A stretch of DNA of 64,000 nt, taken from Squalus acanthias. Taxonomy: Eukaryota. Where the stretch lies: assembly GCA_030390025.1 (NCBI GenBank), contig CM059432.1, forward strand, positions 47,804,001 through 47,868,000, given 5' to 3'. Each line of letters opens with the position of its first letter. Position 1 is the first letter of the stretch. A model generated the notes under the pieces. That model was not told the DNA's origin. It ran no database searches and was given only the letters and a program-made list of their open reading frames with translations. The position numbers were made by a program, and so were the translations under genes. Below are positions 1 through 13,074 of this stretch, piece by piece.

Positions 1-742
1 GGGGAATCCAAAGGTCTTCAATAGGCATTTTAACAGTAAAAGGTTTGTCAGAGGAGCGGTGGGGCTGATTAGGATCAAAATGGAGAGCTATTGGTGAAGG
101 CAGAATGCATGGCTGAGGTACTAAATGAGTACTTTGCATCGGTGTTTACCAAGGAAGACGACTTTGCCAAAGCTATGGTAAACGAGGAGGTTGCTGGGAC
201 ACTGGATGAGATAAAAATAGATAAAGAGGAGGTACTAGACAGGCTGGCAGTAATTAAAGTGATAAGTGACCTGGTCCAGATGGGATGCATCCTAAGTTAC
301 TGAGGGAAGTAAGGGTAGAAATTGCGGACGTACTGGCCACAATCTTCCAATCCTCCTTAGATACAGGGGAGGTACCAAACGACTGAAGGATTGCAAATGT
401 TACACCCTTGTTCAAAAAAGGGGAGAAAGATAAACCTGGCAATTACAAGCCAGTCAGTTTAACGTCAGTGGTGGGGAAGCTTTTAGAAACAATAATCCGG
501 GAGAAAATTAACAGCCACTTGGACAAGCCTGGACTAATAAAGGAGAGCCAGCACGGATTTGTTAAGGGCAAATCATGTTTCTTTGATGAGTTAACAGAGA
601 GGGTGGATGAGGGCAGTGCAGTTGATGTTGTGTATATGGACTTTCAAAAGACATTTGATAAAGTACCACATACTAGACTTGTTAGCAAAATTGAAGCCCA
701 TGGGATAAAAGGGAGCAGTAGCAGCATGGATACAAAATTGGC
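1..742 (+). mobile_element. CR1 LINE ORF2 fragment (linker/RT N-terminus), degraded
   Basis: ORFs 91..303 and 408..788 give LNEYFASVFT, PGNYKPVSLTSVVGKLLE, SQHGF and VDVVYMDFQKTFDKVPH, with frameshifts and stops. Confidence 0.9.
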
Positions 743-3378
743 GAAGGGTGACGAAACAGATAGTAAGAGCTACAAAAAGGGAATATGAAAAGAAACTTGC
801 AAGGGATATCAAAATCAACACAAAAAACTTCAACAATTACATTAGGATAAAGAGGGTGGTTAAGAGCAATGTGGGCCCCTTAAAAACTCATAATGGTGAT
901 ATTATAAATGAAAATAAGGAAATGCAGACATGTTAAATAATTACTTTGCGTCAGTATTTACATGCCGGACAGCCTAAGGAAACTAATATTGAATCAGGGA
1001 CGGGACTCATCAAAATTAATGTAAGCAAATTAACAGTAATTAAGAAAATAATGGCACTAAAGAGTGGCAAATCCCCAGGATCAGATTGTTTTCATCCCAG
1101 GGTTTTAAAGGAAGTAGGTGAGAACATTCCAGATGCCCTAACTATGATCTTCCAAAGTTCTCTCGATTCAGGAACCGTTCCTTTAGGTTGGAAACTTGCA
1201 CTCCGCTATTTAAGCAGAGATGAGCGAGGGAAACCAAGGAATTATAGACCAGTTAGCCTAACATCTGTTGTCGGAAAATTATTTTAGTCTATAATTAAGG
1301 TTAGAGTGACTGAACACCTTGAAAATTTTCTGCTGATCAGAGAGAGCCAGCATGGATTTGTAACGGGTAGATCATGCCTGACAAACCTGATTGAATTTTT
1401 TGAAGAGGTGACTAAAGTAGTGGACAGGGGAATGTCTATGGATGTTATTTATATGGACTTCCAGAAGGCATTCAATAAAGTCCCTCATAAGAGACTGTTA
1501 ACTAAAGTTGAAGTTTATGGAATTAAGGGCAAATTATTGACCTGGTTAGGAAATTGGCTGAGCGACAGGAGACAGAGAGTAGGGATAATGGGCAGGCACT
1601 CTAATTGGCAGAATGTGACTAGTGGTGTCCCGCAGGGATCTGTGTTAGGGCCTCAACTATTCACTGTATTTATTAAAAAATTAGATGACGGGATAGAGAG
1701 CCAAATATCCAAGTTTGCTGATGACACAAAGATAGGCGACATTTTTCAAATTCATTCCTGGGACAGGCATCGCAGGCAAGGCCAACATTTATTGCCCATC
1801 CCTAATTGCCCTTGAGAAGGTGGCGGTGAGCTGCCTTCTTGAACCGCTGCAGTCTGTGAGGTTAAGGTACTACCACAGTGCTGTTAGGTAGGGAGTTCCA
1901 GGATTTTGACCCAGCGACGATGAAGGAACGGCGATATATTTCCAAGTCAGGATGGTGTGTGACTTGGAGCGGAACTTGGAGGTGGTGGTATTCCCATGCA
2001 CCTGCTGCCCTTGTCCTTCTAGGTGGTTTGGGAGATGCTGTCGAAGACGCTTTGGCGAGTTGCTGCAGTGAATCTTGTAGATGGTACACACTGCAGCCAT
2101 GGTGCGCCGGTGGTGGAAGGAGTGAATGTTTAAGGTGGTGGATGGGGTGCCAATCAAGCGGGCTGCTTGGTCGTGGATGGTGTCGAGCTTCTTGAGTGTT
2201 GTTGGAGCTGCACTCATCCAGGCAAGTGGAGAGTATTCCATAGCACTCCTGACTTATGCATTGTAGATGGTGGAAAGGCTTTGGGGAATCAGGAGGTGAG
2301 TCACTCGTCGCAGAATACCCAGTGCTCTTGTAGCCACAGTATTTATGTGGCTGGTCCAGTTAAGGTTCTGGTCAATGGTGACCCCCAGGATGTTGATGGT
2401 GGGAGATTCGGCGATGGTAATCCCGTTGACTATCAAGAGGAGGTGGCTAGACTCTCTCTTGTCGGAGATAGTCATTGCCTGGCAATTGTGCAAGCAGTGT
2501 AGACGGAAGGATAAAATTACAAAGAGATATTAATAGATTAAGTGAATGGGAAAAACTGTGGCAAACGGATTTCAATATAGGCAAGTGTGAGGTCATCCAC
2601 TTTGGACCTAAAAAGGATAGACAGGGTACTTTCTAACTGGTGAAAAACTAGAAGCAGTGGAGGTCCAAAGAGACTTAGGGGTCTATGTACATAGATCATT
2701 AAAATGTAATGACAAAAAATAATCAAAAGGCTAATGGAATGCTGGCTTTTATATCTAGAGAGTAGAATACAAGGGGTTAGAAGTCATGCTACAGTTATAC
2801 AAAGCCCTGGTTAGACCATACCTGGAGTACTGAGTTCTGTCATGGCACATCACCTTAGGAAGGATATATTGGCCTTGGAGAGAGTGCAGTGTAGATTTAT
2901 TAGAATGATACCTGGACTCCAAGGGTTAAATTACGAGGAGAGATTACACAAATTAGGGTTGTATTCCCTGGAATTTAGAAGGTTAAGGGGTGATTTGATT
3001 GAAGTTTTCAAGATATTAAGGGGAACAGATAGGATAGCTAGAGAGAAACTATTTCTGCTGGTTGGGGAATCTAGGACTAGAGGACATAGCCTAAAAATTA
3101 GAGCCAGACCTTTCAGGAGTGAAATTAGGAAACAATTCTACATGCAAAGGGTGGCAGAAATTTGGAACTCTCTTCCGCAAATGGCAGTTGATGCTGCGTC
3201 AATTGTTCATTTTAATTCTGAGATTGATAGATTTCTGTTAACCAGGGGTACTAAGGGATCTGGGGCAAAGGTGTGTATATGGAGTTAGGTCACAGATCAG
3301 CCATGATCTCACTGAATGGCGGAACAGGCTCGAGGGGCTAAATGGCCTACTCCTGTTCCTATGATCCTACGTTCCTAT
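743..3378 (+). mobile_element. 5'-truncated CR1 LINE (RT plus 3' UTR), interrupted by a LINE insertion at ~1742-2485
   Basis: [13 protein letters not shown] and SKFADDTK in ORF 1306..1815; C-terminal LYSLEFRRLRGDLIE in ORF 2842..3288; CR1 3' tail aatggcctactcctgttcctatg at ~3340-3378. Confidence 0.9.
1742..2485 (-). mobile_element. 3' end of a non-LTR LINE (CR1/L2 group, second family)
   Basis: Minus ORFs encode TINILGVTIDQNLNWTSHIN and EYSPLAWMSAAPTTLKKLDTI. The 3' tail gggcaattagggatgggcaataaatg is shared with the 24965-25553 copy. Confidence 0.85.
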
Positions 3379-3703
3379 ATTGTCATATCCAGTAATAAAT
3401 AGTTCCATTCATAGTGTACAGTGTGTAATGTACAGCGTGCATATAGGCAAGTGAGTCTTGCAGAGTAGCTTTGGTTGCAGATGACCCTGGAGGGTGACTC
3501 TGGGGAGTGTAGGTAGCGCTGCAATATACATCTGCACTGGTTGTGGCACTACAGCTTTCTGAGTTACTATATTTAAATAAGGTGACCTATGTAGCAGATG
3601 TTGCTAGCGTATCAGCAAATAGAGAGCAATTGTTTCCTGGGAAGGAGGGAAAATTGAACGGTGAGTCCCTAGTACCACGCTAGCTGACCATATCAGTAGA
3701 GGT

Positions 3704-4743
3704 CTCCCGGAACCACGATAGAGTTCCCCTTGTCCTCACCTTTCACCCCACCAGCCTCCACATTCAACGGATCATCCTCCACCATTTCCGCCACCTCCAG
3801 TGTGATCCCACCACCAAACGCATCTTCCCCTCACCTCCCCTTTCAGCATTCCGTAGGGACCGCTCCCTCCGCGACACCCTAGTCCACTCCTCTATCACCC
3901 CCAGCACCCCTTCCCCTTCGCCCGGCACCTTCCCGTGCAAGCGCAGGAGATGCAACACATGCCCTTATACCTCCCCCCTTCCCACTGTCCAGGGCCCCAA
4001 ACACCCCTTCCAGGTGAAACAGCGATTTTCCTATACTTCTTGCAATTTAGTATACTGTATTCGCTGCTCACGATGTGGTCTCCTCTACATTGGGGAAACC
4101 AAACGCAGATTGGGTGACCGCTTTGCGGAACACCTCCGTTCAGTCCGTAAGGGGGACCCCGAGCTTCCGGTCGCTTGTCACTTTAATTCTTCACACCACT
4201 CCCACTCAGACCTCACCGTCCTCGGCCTCTTGCAATGTTCCATGGAAGCTCAGCGTAAGCTCGAGGAACAGCACCTCATCTTTCGATTAGGCACTTTACA
4301 GCCCTCTGGACTCAACATAGAGTTCAACAATTTCAGATCATAACCTCGGCCCCTATCATATATATATTTTTTATCCACACTTTTTGTCTGTGCCTTTTGT
4401 TCTTCTCTCCCACATGGCAGCTGTCTTTCATTCTGCCAGCGCAATTCACACTTCATCTAGAGCCATCCTTTGTTTCTTAACCTGTCCCATTACCATCTCC
4501 TTTTGCTTTGAATATCTCTTAATGTCTCTTTAATTCTCCTGCCTTTTATCCTATCACAGACCTTCCCTTTTGTTCTTTCATCCCCTCCCCCATTTCCCAG
4601 CCCCTAAACTTGCTTTAAAATCTGTTCCATTTCCTGCTTTTTTCCAGTTCTGACGAAAGGTCATCGACCTGAAACGTTAACTCTGTTTCTCTCTTCACAG
4701 ATGCTGCCTGACCTGCTGAGTGTCTCCAGCATTTTCTGTTTTT
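3704..4743 (+). mobile_element. Penelope-like retroelement (Neptune-like), 5'-truncated: GIY-YIG endonuclease plus 3' pLTR region
   Basis: PCKRRRCNTC linker and NLVYCIRCSRCGLLYIGETKRRLGDRFAEH...HF...E..LI..L.T..P.GLN (ORF 4014..4343). Flanked by a 14-bp direct repeat atatcagtagaggt (3690-3703 and 4744-4757). Confidence 0.9.
4646..4682 (+). ncRNA. Minimal type I hammerhead ribozyme motif in PLE 3' region
   Basis: agtt-CTGACGA-a-aggtc(atc)gacct-GAAA-cg-TT-aact: helix I agtt/aact, helix II aggtc/gacct, palindromic helix III AACGTT. Confidence 0.75.
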
Positions 4744-6254
4744 ATATCAGTAGAGGTATTGACAAAGGTCTGGGGACAGTATGTGTTGTGGGGAAACTAG
4801 AAGAGGATAAAAGAATAAAAACAGAAAGTAACCTACAACCATCATCCCTCCCAAAAAATATTAATTAAATACTAAAAATGGCTTGAAAAAGTGTTTTATA
4901 TAGTAACCTATATAAATATTGTAATTGCAGATGAACCACTAAGATTTGTGATGACACCTTGGTTTTGAGCTTATACATGCATGATTGAGACCACCCATCT
5001 TTCTGTATAATAGATCTGCTGAATTTCTATAATGAATCTGCTGAATTATATTAATTGATCTACATACTGTGAATGTGAAATTTAAGATTGTTCTTCCTGT
5101 ATACATTCATGTTTCCCATGTAAGAGGCATATGCCAAGTGCGAGCATGCCAAACATTGCCCCTTTCATGCAATAGCCAGCTTTAGCATCAAGTGCAACTA
5201 CCGGTTCCTCAGCTTTCACATGGAAAGATATATAACAATAGCAACATCTGGCAAACCACTCCTGCCAAGGAATTTATTAATGTCCTAGGTTGCCACTTTA
5301 AATGCCCCACAGCAATAAAATTAAACTATCAGAAACAGCAGGGATGCAAAGATTGCTTTAAAAACCATTCTCCAGAATCAACATTCTTTACCTTAATGGT
5401 TACAGGATCTCACTTCTCCTCTCCAAAAAAATGGAATCTATAGCCCCTGAGGACCTCAATGACAATGACTAAGATGAACTAATGATTATATTATAAATAA
5501 TTCTCTGGCAACCCTCAAGTGCAAAATACAGTAAAAGTATTAAGGTATAACATAGAACAAAAGGGAAAAACACAGGAACTAAACTTGGAGAATATATATA
5601 CAGATGGTGCGTACAATTATCTGAAAAAACATGGTTAATCAAAGGAAAAAATAGTGCTAAAAATAGGGGTGAAGAAAAATAGAAGACCAAATTTTAATGT
5701 ACTGAAATCATGTTGGTGCAGCATTTTAGGACTCTCCTTCTACTTAAGGAAGAGAATAGTTGATAATAGTTTAGCACTAGTTAATATTGACATCAGTAGT
5801 GAATTTCTGGATGTATGCATGTGCATCGCTGGGAGTAGGTACTTACTGTGGCATTATGTTTACGCACATTAGAAAGATTTGGGACTGATTCCCAAGTTTG
5901 ACATACAGTTCCTAGCCAAGCAGATAGTCAAACCAATCTTAGGAGTTTCTCACACCCTTAATTATAGCTAATTATTCGTTTTAGTGGGCTTACACCCAAA
6001 TGCATTTACACCTAGATATATCTTCTTCAGCTTTTTCTATCATCACATCCTATTAAATATAGTTTTATGGGAAGTACAAAAGAATCTGACACAGAAGCAC
6101 GTTCGTAACTTATCTGTAAGTTATACCAATCTTTATACCCTAAATTGTCCACTAATTTGAACACAAACTTACTCCTATCAAATGATTCTTACAACTGCAT
6201 TGCCCATCACCCACCTCATGGTACAAGACACACATTTCTTGACCCTACAATAAT

Positions 6255-7287
6255 GGCCCAAAATTTGTGATCAGAGGCTTCCCGCGGGCAGATGCTTCCG
6301 ACCAGCAAAATATCTACGAATGTACCTGGTGGCCCGGGAGGTAAGGAGGCCTGCGGTCCTGGGCCTCTCCGGGTACCCACGGGCAGAGCCCCATGTATCT
6401 CAGGGGCGCAGGCGGTTCGCAAGCACCCCTGGGAATCACGTGAGCCGGCCCAACCAATAAAAGGGAATCCCCATTCATACTTGTGGGAGTTGCGTACATA
6501 AGGAACTCCCATAAGTATGAATGGGGATCACTTAAAAAATACACAAACACATTGAAATAAAAAGAAAATTACATATTTAAAATTAATTAAAATGCCATTT
6601 TGCTACTTTTAGCGCCCCGAAAAAATTAGCACCCTCCCGCGGCCGAAATTCACCGGTAGCGCCCCAAGAGGGAGGCGGGGCACTACTGGAAGTGCCCTGC
6701 CTCCCTCTTGGGGCGCTGCGAGTGAATATTGCGGCGCTACGTGCCGCGGTACTGCAGGCCTTCCTCCCCTTATTAAAGGGAGGGGCCTAGCACAGCGCGG
6801 TCCAGGGCCCAGCTGGGCCACCAGGGATCGGAGTGCCGGCAAAAGAGCCCGGCACTCAAGAGAAGTGCCGGGCTCACGGAGTGCAGCCGGCACTCCGTGG
6901 GGGGACTGCAGAGGAGGCCGGGGACGGCAGAGGGGGTAGGTGCTGGCAGGCGGCCAGCAACAAAAATGGCCGCCCGGCACCTCCCCTTTAATTTGCGCCG
7001 CCCCGGCTGCAGGTAGGCCCCCCTGACCCCGTTGGACATAGCGTACCAGGTGTAAGAATTTCCAGGCTTTTACCAGGCATAAGAATTTCACAGGCAAATA
7101 GCGCAACTCTCCACCCGCAGAGGCCCATTTCCTGGGGATGCGGAGGATCTGTCAAAAGGATTCTTGACAGATCGCAAGTGCCGGGTTTTAGTGCATGCGC
7201 TTCGCATGCCTAAACCCAGAACTTGCGTGACCCCTACGGGCGCATGCGCATCTCATACGCACCCGTAGGGGTCGCAAAATATGGCCC
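6255..7287. mobile_element. Harbinger-type MITE (composite)
   Basis: Imperfect TIRs ggcccaaaatttgtgatc / ggtcgcaaaatatggccc and 3-bp TSD AAT. Internal ~6600-7040 matches the reverse complement of the 25598-26304 MITE. Confidence 0.7.
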
Positions 7288-8418
7288 AATATCAGGACAT
7301 TCAGCCATCAGTGGCAATGATACTATTGCTCACAGAGCTCTATTTTGTAGATTTTTATTATAAATTATTACTCAATAAATTTCTATTATAGGTTTCTATA
7401 TAGTGTTGTATAAATATTAGCTAAATCTTGGGAACCTATTTTCAGTCAGACTCCTGCTTTTATAGTTAAACCAGTTAATTAAGAATTCCCCACAGCAAAT
7501 ATAGAGATTCAGATTCTCTCCTTCCCTTAACAAACACATTTATCTTTTGAGTTCTCTGAAAGGGCATGTTTGTTTTCTTGGGCTACATTGCAACTGTAGC
7601 ATTGATTAATGCAATGTGGCTTTGAGTCATACCTATGCTAAAGTTGTGGTGTAAATGCATCGTAAAATAATACTGGTGTACTGATCTATAGGTATAATGT
7701 TTCTGGAGGTGCTGTTCATGGGAAACATATTACTTGGGAGTACTCGTTTATGGACCATATTATGAGTCAAGCCTCTACTTTACTCTCATCCGTGGCACTC
7801 TTGAATGATTAGATCATATCACCCACTTGTGTGATTTCTCAATAAACTATTGCTGCCCATTGCATACCCTATTTTTCTATCACTATATATCTACCATGGA
7901 ATATTGATGTACCATTTCACTAATAAAACCATTTCTGTAGGTTTTCCTTTATAGTCCCTTCATGCTTACAGTAATACTTTTGAACAATAAGCAACTTAAA
8001 ATGCATTATTTATGTATTTTCTTCTTTTCTCAATTCCCCCATTGCCGCTGGATGGGCTAGGATACCACTTGGGTTCTTGTCTCACTGTGCACTTATGACT
8101 GATTCTTCATTTTCTTATGAGTTTCTCAAAATTGGCTTTTGTCACTGGCTGTTGGATCTCATAAAATTACAAAAACTTTTTGCTCCCTATCCTGTAGACA
8201 TCACTCCACACACTCCCAGACCAGCCTGTTGCTAGGTCAGATAAATTTACTTTTTATCAGACTTTTCCGCATTTACCTTAGTTGCTGAGAACACAGCACT
8301 CAAGCATAAGAAGAGCGATTTAGTGAAATGGTGGTCGATATTTTGCTATTCTGCATTCTAATTGCCAGCAGAAAGCTTGCTAGGAAAGTTCAGAACTTTG
8401 TCCTGCCACCACGCCCTT

Positions 8419-8765
8419 ATAGGAATATAGGAACAGGAGTAGGCCATTCAGCCCCTCGAGCCTGTTCTGCCATTCAATAAGATCATGGCTGGTCTGTATC
8501 TCAACTCCACTTAACATTCCAGTAGCCTTTTTAATTATATTTTGTACCTGTCCACTAGCTTTTAGTGATTTCTGTACATGGACCTCTAAATCTCTCCACT
8601 ACTCCACAGGTCCTAGTTTCTCACCGATTAGAAAATACTCTGGTCTATCTTTCTTGGGTCCAAAGTGGATGACGTCACACTTCCCCACAATGAACTCCAT
8701 CTGTCACAATTTTGCCCACTCATTTAATCTGTCCATCTCGTTTGCAACTTCTGCTCCCATCTACA
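8419..8765 (-). mobile_element. CR1 3' end fragment with internal deletions
   Basis: ataggaatataggaacaggagtaggccattcagcccctcgagcc is the reverse complement of the CR1 tail, followed by RT remnants. Confidence 0.75.
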
Positions 8766-9341
8766 CTACTTACGTTTTGCCGCTGCTCCTGGTGGGCTTT
8801 TTGCCATTCCCTTCCTCTTTGCTGCCAGTCCTGGCAGCTTTGAAATATTCCTTCAGATTAAAATCTTTCCAGGTTAGGACTGGGGGCGTTATGTTTGAAG
8901 TGAGGACTACCATTGGGCTGAAGGTTACGTCTGTGCTGAGGATTAGGGCAAAATTGAAGATTAGGGTGAGGTTATGGCTATGGTTGAGATTAAGGTTAGG
9001 ATGAATTTATTTGGGGAGGACATCATTTTATGGTAGAAGAGAGTTCAGTTTGAGGGGCCAGGTTCTGTATCATTCATTGGGGCCAATATATTTAATTACA
9101 CCAGTTTTGATGCCACTCTCACGGGCCTTGCAGTTGCCACTATTTCTCTCTCTGCTACTCTGGCCATGTTGCTGCTCTCCTTTGGACGAAACTGGTAGTA
9201 AACCATACTGTGCAATATCAAAGGGAGTGGATCTTCAAGCAGAATAAAATATGTCTGATGGCTCATCTGTATTTAATGGCATATTCATGAAAGAAACTAG
9301 ATTAAAGTAATCACAAAAAGAGTTAATCCCCACCCTTGCAT

Positions 9342-10321
9342 CAAACACGGGACACAACCAACAGAGTACCCTACGTCGTCCAGTACTTCACCGGAGCGGA
9401 GAAACTACGCCATGTTCTTCGCAGCCTTCAACATGTCATCGATGACGACGAACACCTTGCTAAGGCCATCCCCACGCCTCCACTACTCGCCTTCAAGCAG
9501 CCGCCTAACCTCAAAAGTACCATCGTTCGCAGCAAATTACCCAGCTTTCAGGAGAACAGCGACCACGACACCACACAACCCTGCCACGGCAACCTCTGCA
9601 AGACATGCCAGATCATGGACACAGATACCGTCATCACACGTGAGGACACTACCCACCAAGTACATGGTACATACTCATGTGACTCGGCCAACGTTGTCTA
9701 CCTGATACGTTGCAGTAAAGGATGCCCCAGAGCATGGTATATCGGCGAGACCATGCAGACACTGAGACAACGTATGAACGGACACCGCGCAACAATTGCC
9801 AGGCAGGAGGGTTGCCTCCCAGTCGGGGAACACTTCAGCAGTCAAGGGCATTCAGCCTCGGATCTGCGGGTTAGCGTTCTCCAAGGCGGCCTTCGGGATA
9901 CACGACAACGCAAAATCATCGAGCAGAAACTGATAGCCAAGTTCCGCACTCATGAGGACGGCCTCAATCGGGATATCGGGTTCATGTCACGATACAGAAC
10001 GTGACTTGACATCGTTGCCGGTCTTTCCAGCTTTTTAAAAAAACAAACACAAGAAACAAACCCAAATGGAGAGGATATGCAGCCAGCAGGTGTTTTGACA
10101 CGTTGGACCCCCTGGGACACATCTCATTGTCTTGGCTGTGCTCTTAGTGTGTCTTTGATGTAGGGAAAGATTGAATCGCATTTTCTCTGTGTTTATATTC
10201 TGTGAATTCTGGTAGATTGTCTCACAGTAACTCTACCTGAGGAAGGGGTGACAGCTCCGAAAGCTTGTAATTTTAAATAAATCTGTTGGACTATAACCTG
10301 GTGTTGTGTGACTTCTCATTT
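9342..10321 (+). mobile_element. Penelope-like retroelement (Neptune-like, second family), 5'-truncated
   Basis: ORF 9336..10004 has PCHGNLCKTC and NVVYLIRCSKGCPRAWYIGET..TLRQRMNGH...EHF...EQKLI.KF.T...GLN. Possible TSD ttgcat. Nearly identical to the 36012-37026 copy. Confidence 0.9.
10234..10269 (+). ncRNA. Minimal hammerhead ribozyme motif in PLE 3' region
   Basis: tac-CTGAGGA-a-ggggtgacagctcc-GAAA-gc-TT-gta, with palindromic helix III AAGCTT. Confidence 0.7.
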
Positions 10322-10675
10322 TTGCATAAAGTAGGAATTCTTTGTCACAAACCATTGTTGAAGCAAAGTTCCAATGTTAAAAGTGAATTAAATAGTTGCT
10401 TGAAAAAGACAAATATTAAAGGTTACAGGGAATAAGCGGGAGACTCAATAGAAAGGAAAACCGGGCAGGGGGTATAACGGGCGGCTGATCCGCTACCGCC
10501 AGTTTTCCACCTGGCGGTGAAAGATAAAATGTACCTCAGTGACTTATGTGGAGAAAAACAACAGCACAAACCTAACAGATGCAATGGCTTGTTTCTATGC
10601 TGTAAATCCTGCAATATCAAGGTCCAAGGAGGAAGATGTAGGAGAGATGGTAGAAATGAATGACAGAAAAACATT

Positions 10676-11413
10676 GGCATTGATATTAACTCCCCCCCGC
10701 CCCCCACCACAACGGGCGGGAGAGGGTCGGTTAAAAATAAAAAACGCGCCTATTGCCATTTTTACGGTACCGGGTTTTGAGGCGTCCGAGTGTCTCGCCG
10801 TGGAGAGGTGGGACACATTATTAACATATTTAAATCTGGCTCCCACTGTGCTATTGGGAACCCGATTAAGATTTTATGGCTGCTGCACAGGTTTCCCAGA
10901 GGTCGGAAAACTCGGCAGTGAAAGGGAGGTGGGAGCTGTCGGCTTCACAAGGTTAAGTACCTTTTCCAGCACTCCTTGTGGGCCAGGAGGAGCAGGAGTG
11001 CTCCCCGCAGTCCCTCAAGGAAGCCTTCGGCCTCCCCTCTGCCGATTGTGGCATCTCTCTCCCCCCTGTTGCGATGGCCTCTCTCTCCAAGCCCCGATCG
11101 TGGCCAACCTTCCGCACCCCCCCACCCACCCACGCCCCAATGGTGGTCTCACCAAGCCCCAAACACCGACCTTGCCTCTTCCCAATTGCCCCCAAGGGTC
11201 CCTGGCTGTGGCCTCCTGCTGCTGGTTTTCCCGACCGGCCGCTAGCCAGGCTGTCAATTTAGCCGGCTGCCGGGCGGGAAACGGAAGAAAAAAATGATAA
11301 TGAGGTCCTGCCATTAAATTTGGCAGGACCTCTGCATCCCTAGCCTTACTGGGTTCCTCGGTCGCTTTCGGCTTCCCCCATTCCCTCCGCACCTCCCCCT
11401 GAAATTCCATTCC
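10676..11413. mobile_element. GC-rich MITE-like element (probably Harbinger-type)
   Basis: GC-rich block with weak terminal similarity (ggcattgatatt / gaaattccattcc) and an internal hairpin gaggtcctgcca..tggcaggacctc; no clean TSD. Confidence 0.45.
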
Positions 11414-11744
11414 TGGAGCATCCCCATTTTGCACTGCTAGAGTGTGAGGGGACTTCCCTGGGTTTGCTATTGTCCCCTCATTTAAATGCTGCTGGTGCGT
11501 CCTACCACTGCAATTTGCATCAGGCGCTGGAAAGCAGAGGTTGGGATTTCTTGGACAGGAGCTGAATTGTGCTCGTGCAGCTTCTTAAGTAGCACCTGCA
11601 CTTCTTCTTGGTGGCAGCATTTGAAACTTGGGATGTTTTGCTGTGTTTTGTGCTGAGGTGAGGCAGGATACTAATGTCCAGGGAACCTATGCCGGGCAAA
11701 ATGTTTGAAATGGGGGAGAGGGGTCCAGCAGTAAAATCAGTTGC

Positions 11745-11910
11745 TGGGGTGCTGATCAAGCGGACTGGGTGGTGTCAAGTTTCTTGAGTGTTGTTGAGGT
11801 TGTACCATCCAGGCAATTGGTGAGTATCCCATCACAATGCTGACTTATGCCTTGTAGGCAGCAAAGAGGCATTAACAATGCAAGAGGTGAGCAACTCAGT
11901 GTCGAGTATC
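11745..11910 (-). mobile_element. Old fragment of the 1742-2485 LINE family
   Basis: Diverged match to 2140-2320 (ggtgtcaagtttcttgagtgttgttg...catccaggcaa). Confidence 0.6.
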
Positions 11911-11919
11911 CACCATTGC

Positions 11920-13069
11920 CACACAACTTTTGGAACTTAGTTTATGTTTTCTTCTTAACAGCAAGCAATACACTAACTTATATCCACCAAAGTCTGCTTC
12001 TAGGCCCCTCTTCAGTCAGTGAAAGTTACTGGACCTTTTGATTTTTCTTCTGGTCTCCTATTGGCATCTTCCCTGACATCAATGCTGAGATATTGGGCTG
12101 GATTTTCATTGACCCATGGAGGCGGATTTGGAGGCGTGTGGGGGGTTAAAATTGCGAAAACTGGCAGGCAGGCACAAGCCCGCCTCCATCCCGCCTCCAT
12201 GCAATTTTCATTAAATCGTGTCTGCTGGTCCCGACTCCGTCCCGCCTCTAAGAGGCGGGATAGGCTGTTAAGGCCCTTAACAAGCACTAAATTGCCTCTA
12301 TAATGCCATTTTGAAAGGCCTTTGTGATTTTAACCCTTTTTCTACGTGAAGCACGCCTGTTCTGAACCACGAATGTGAAACCTGGCGGGAGCACATTTGG
12401 ATATGGATAGTTGACGCTGGCTGGCTGGCTGGCTATGGGGATGCATATGTGGATGGATGTATATATGGATGGAGAGGAGACATATCTGGGAGTGGTGGTG
12501 TAAAAATATCTGGGAGCAGACTTAGGGCTGCTGCTCATTTTGCATCCAGGTCCTCTCACAGCAAAGGCCAGGCAGTCTCTGAAGACCTTCAATGCAGCAG
12601 CAATGATGACATCATCAGAGGCGACTTTCAGACTGAAAACACTAATTGGTTCATGGGTTCCCACATGCTGGAACTCAATTGCCCAATTAGGTGAAAATTG
12701 CATCAATCTCCCACATCCAATTGCAGTCGGGTGGATAACACGAAAAGTGGATGACACGACCCCAACCCGCCCCAGTATCAAAATCCAGCCCAATTTACTG
12801 CACGGTGAATTATATGTGTTAAACAGTGTCTTTTTCTTCATTCTTCCTTTCCTAACATTTTCCACCTCCTGTTTGCACCTGAATCTTTACTGGAGTACAA
12901 TTCAACTGGTGTTAGGTACTTCTGGTTTCTTGCTGAAGTGCCGAGCTTTCACGCTTGAGCTAGAGAGCGAGTGATGGCAGGCTATTCCTCACGCAATTTT
13001 TGGAACTTAGTTTATGTTTTCTTCTTAAGAGCAAGAAATACACTAACTTATATCCACCAAAGTCTGCTT
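11920..13069. repeat. ~80-bp direct repeat pair (11920-11999 and 12990-13069)
   Basis: ttttggaacttagtttatgttttcttcttaa.agcaag.aatacactaacttatatccaccaaagtctgctt occurs twice, 1070 bp apart. Confidence 0.9.
12095..12791. mobile_element. Harbinger-type MITE
   Basis: TIRs gggctggatttt / aaaatccagccc; flanks att and aat (near-TSD). Confidence 0.75.
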
Positions 13070-13074
13070 TGTGA

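Noticed and set aside
8870..9002. Degenerate ttaggg-like stretch as an interstitial telomere
   Set aside because: Only scattered imperfect hexamers, with no regular array.
10539..11434. Overlapping GC-rich ORFs (also around 6609-7106 and 25479-26270) as genes
   Set aside because: They lie in GC-rich MITEs, are open in several frames at once and have no recognisable domain.
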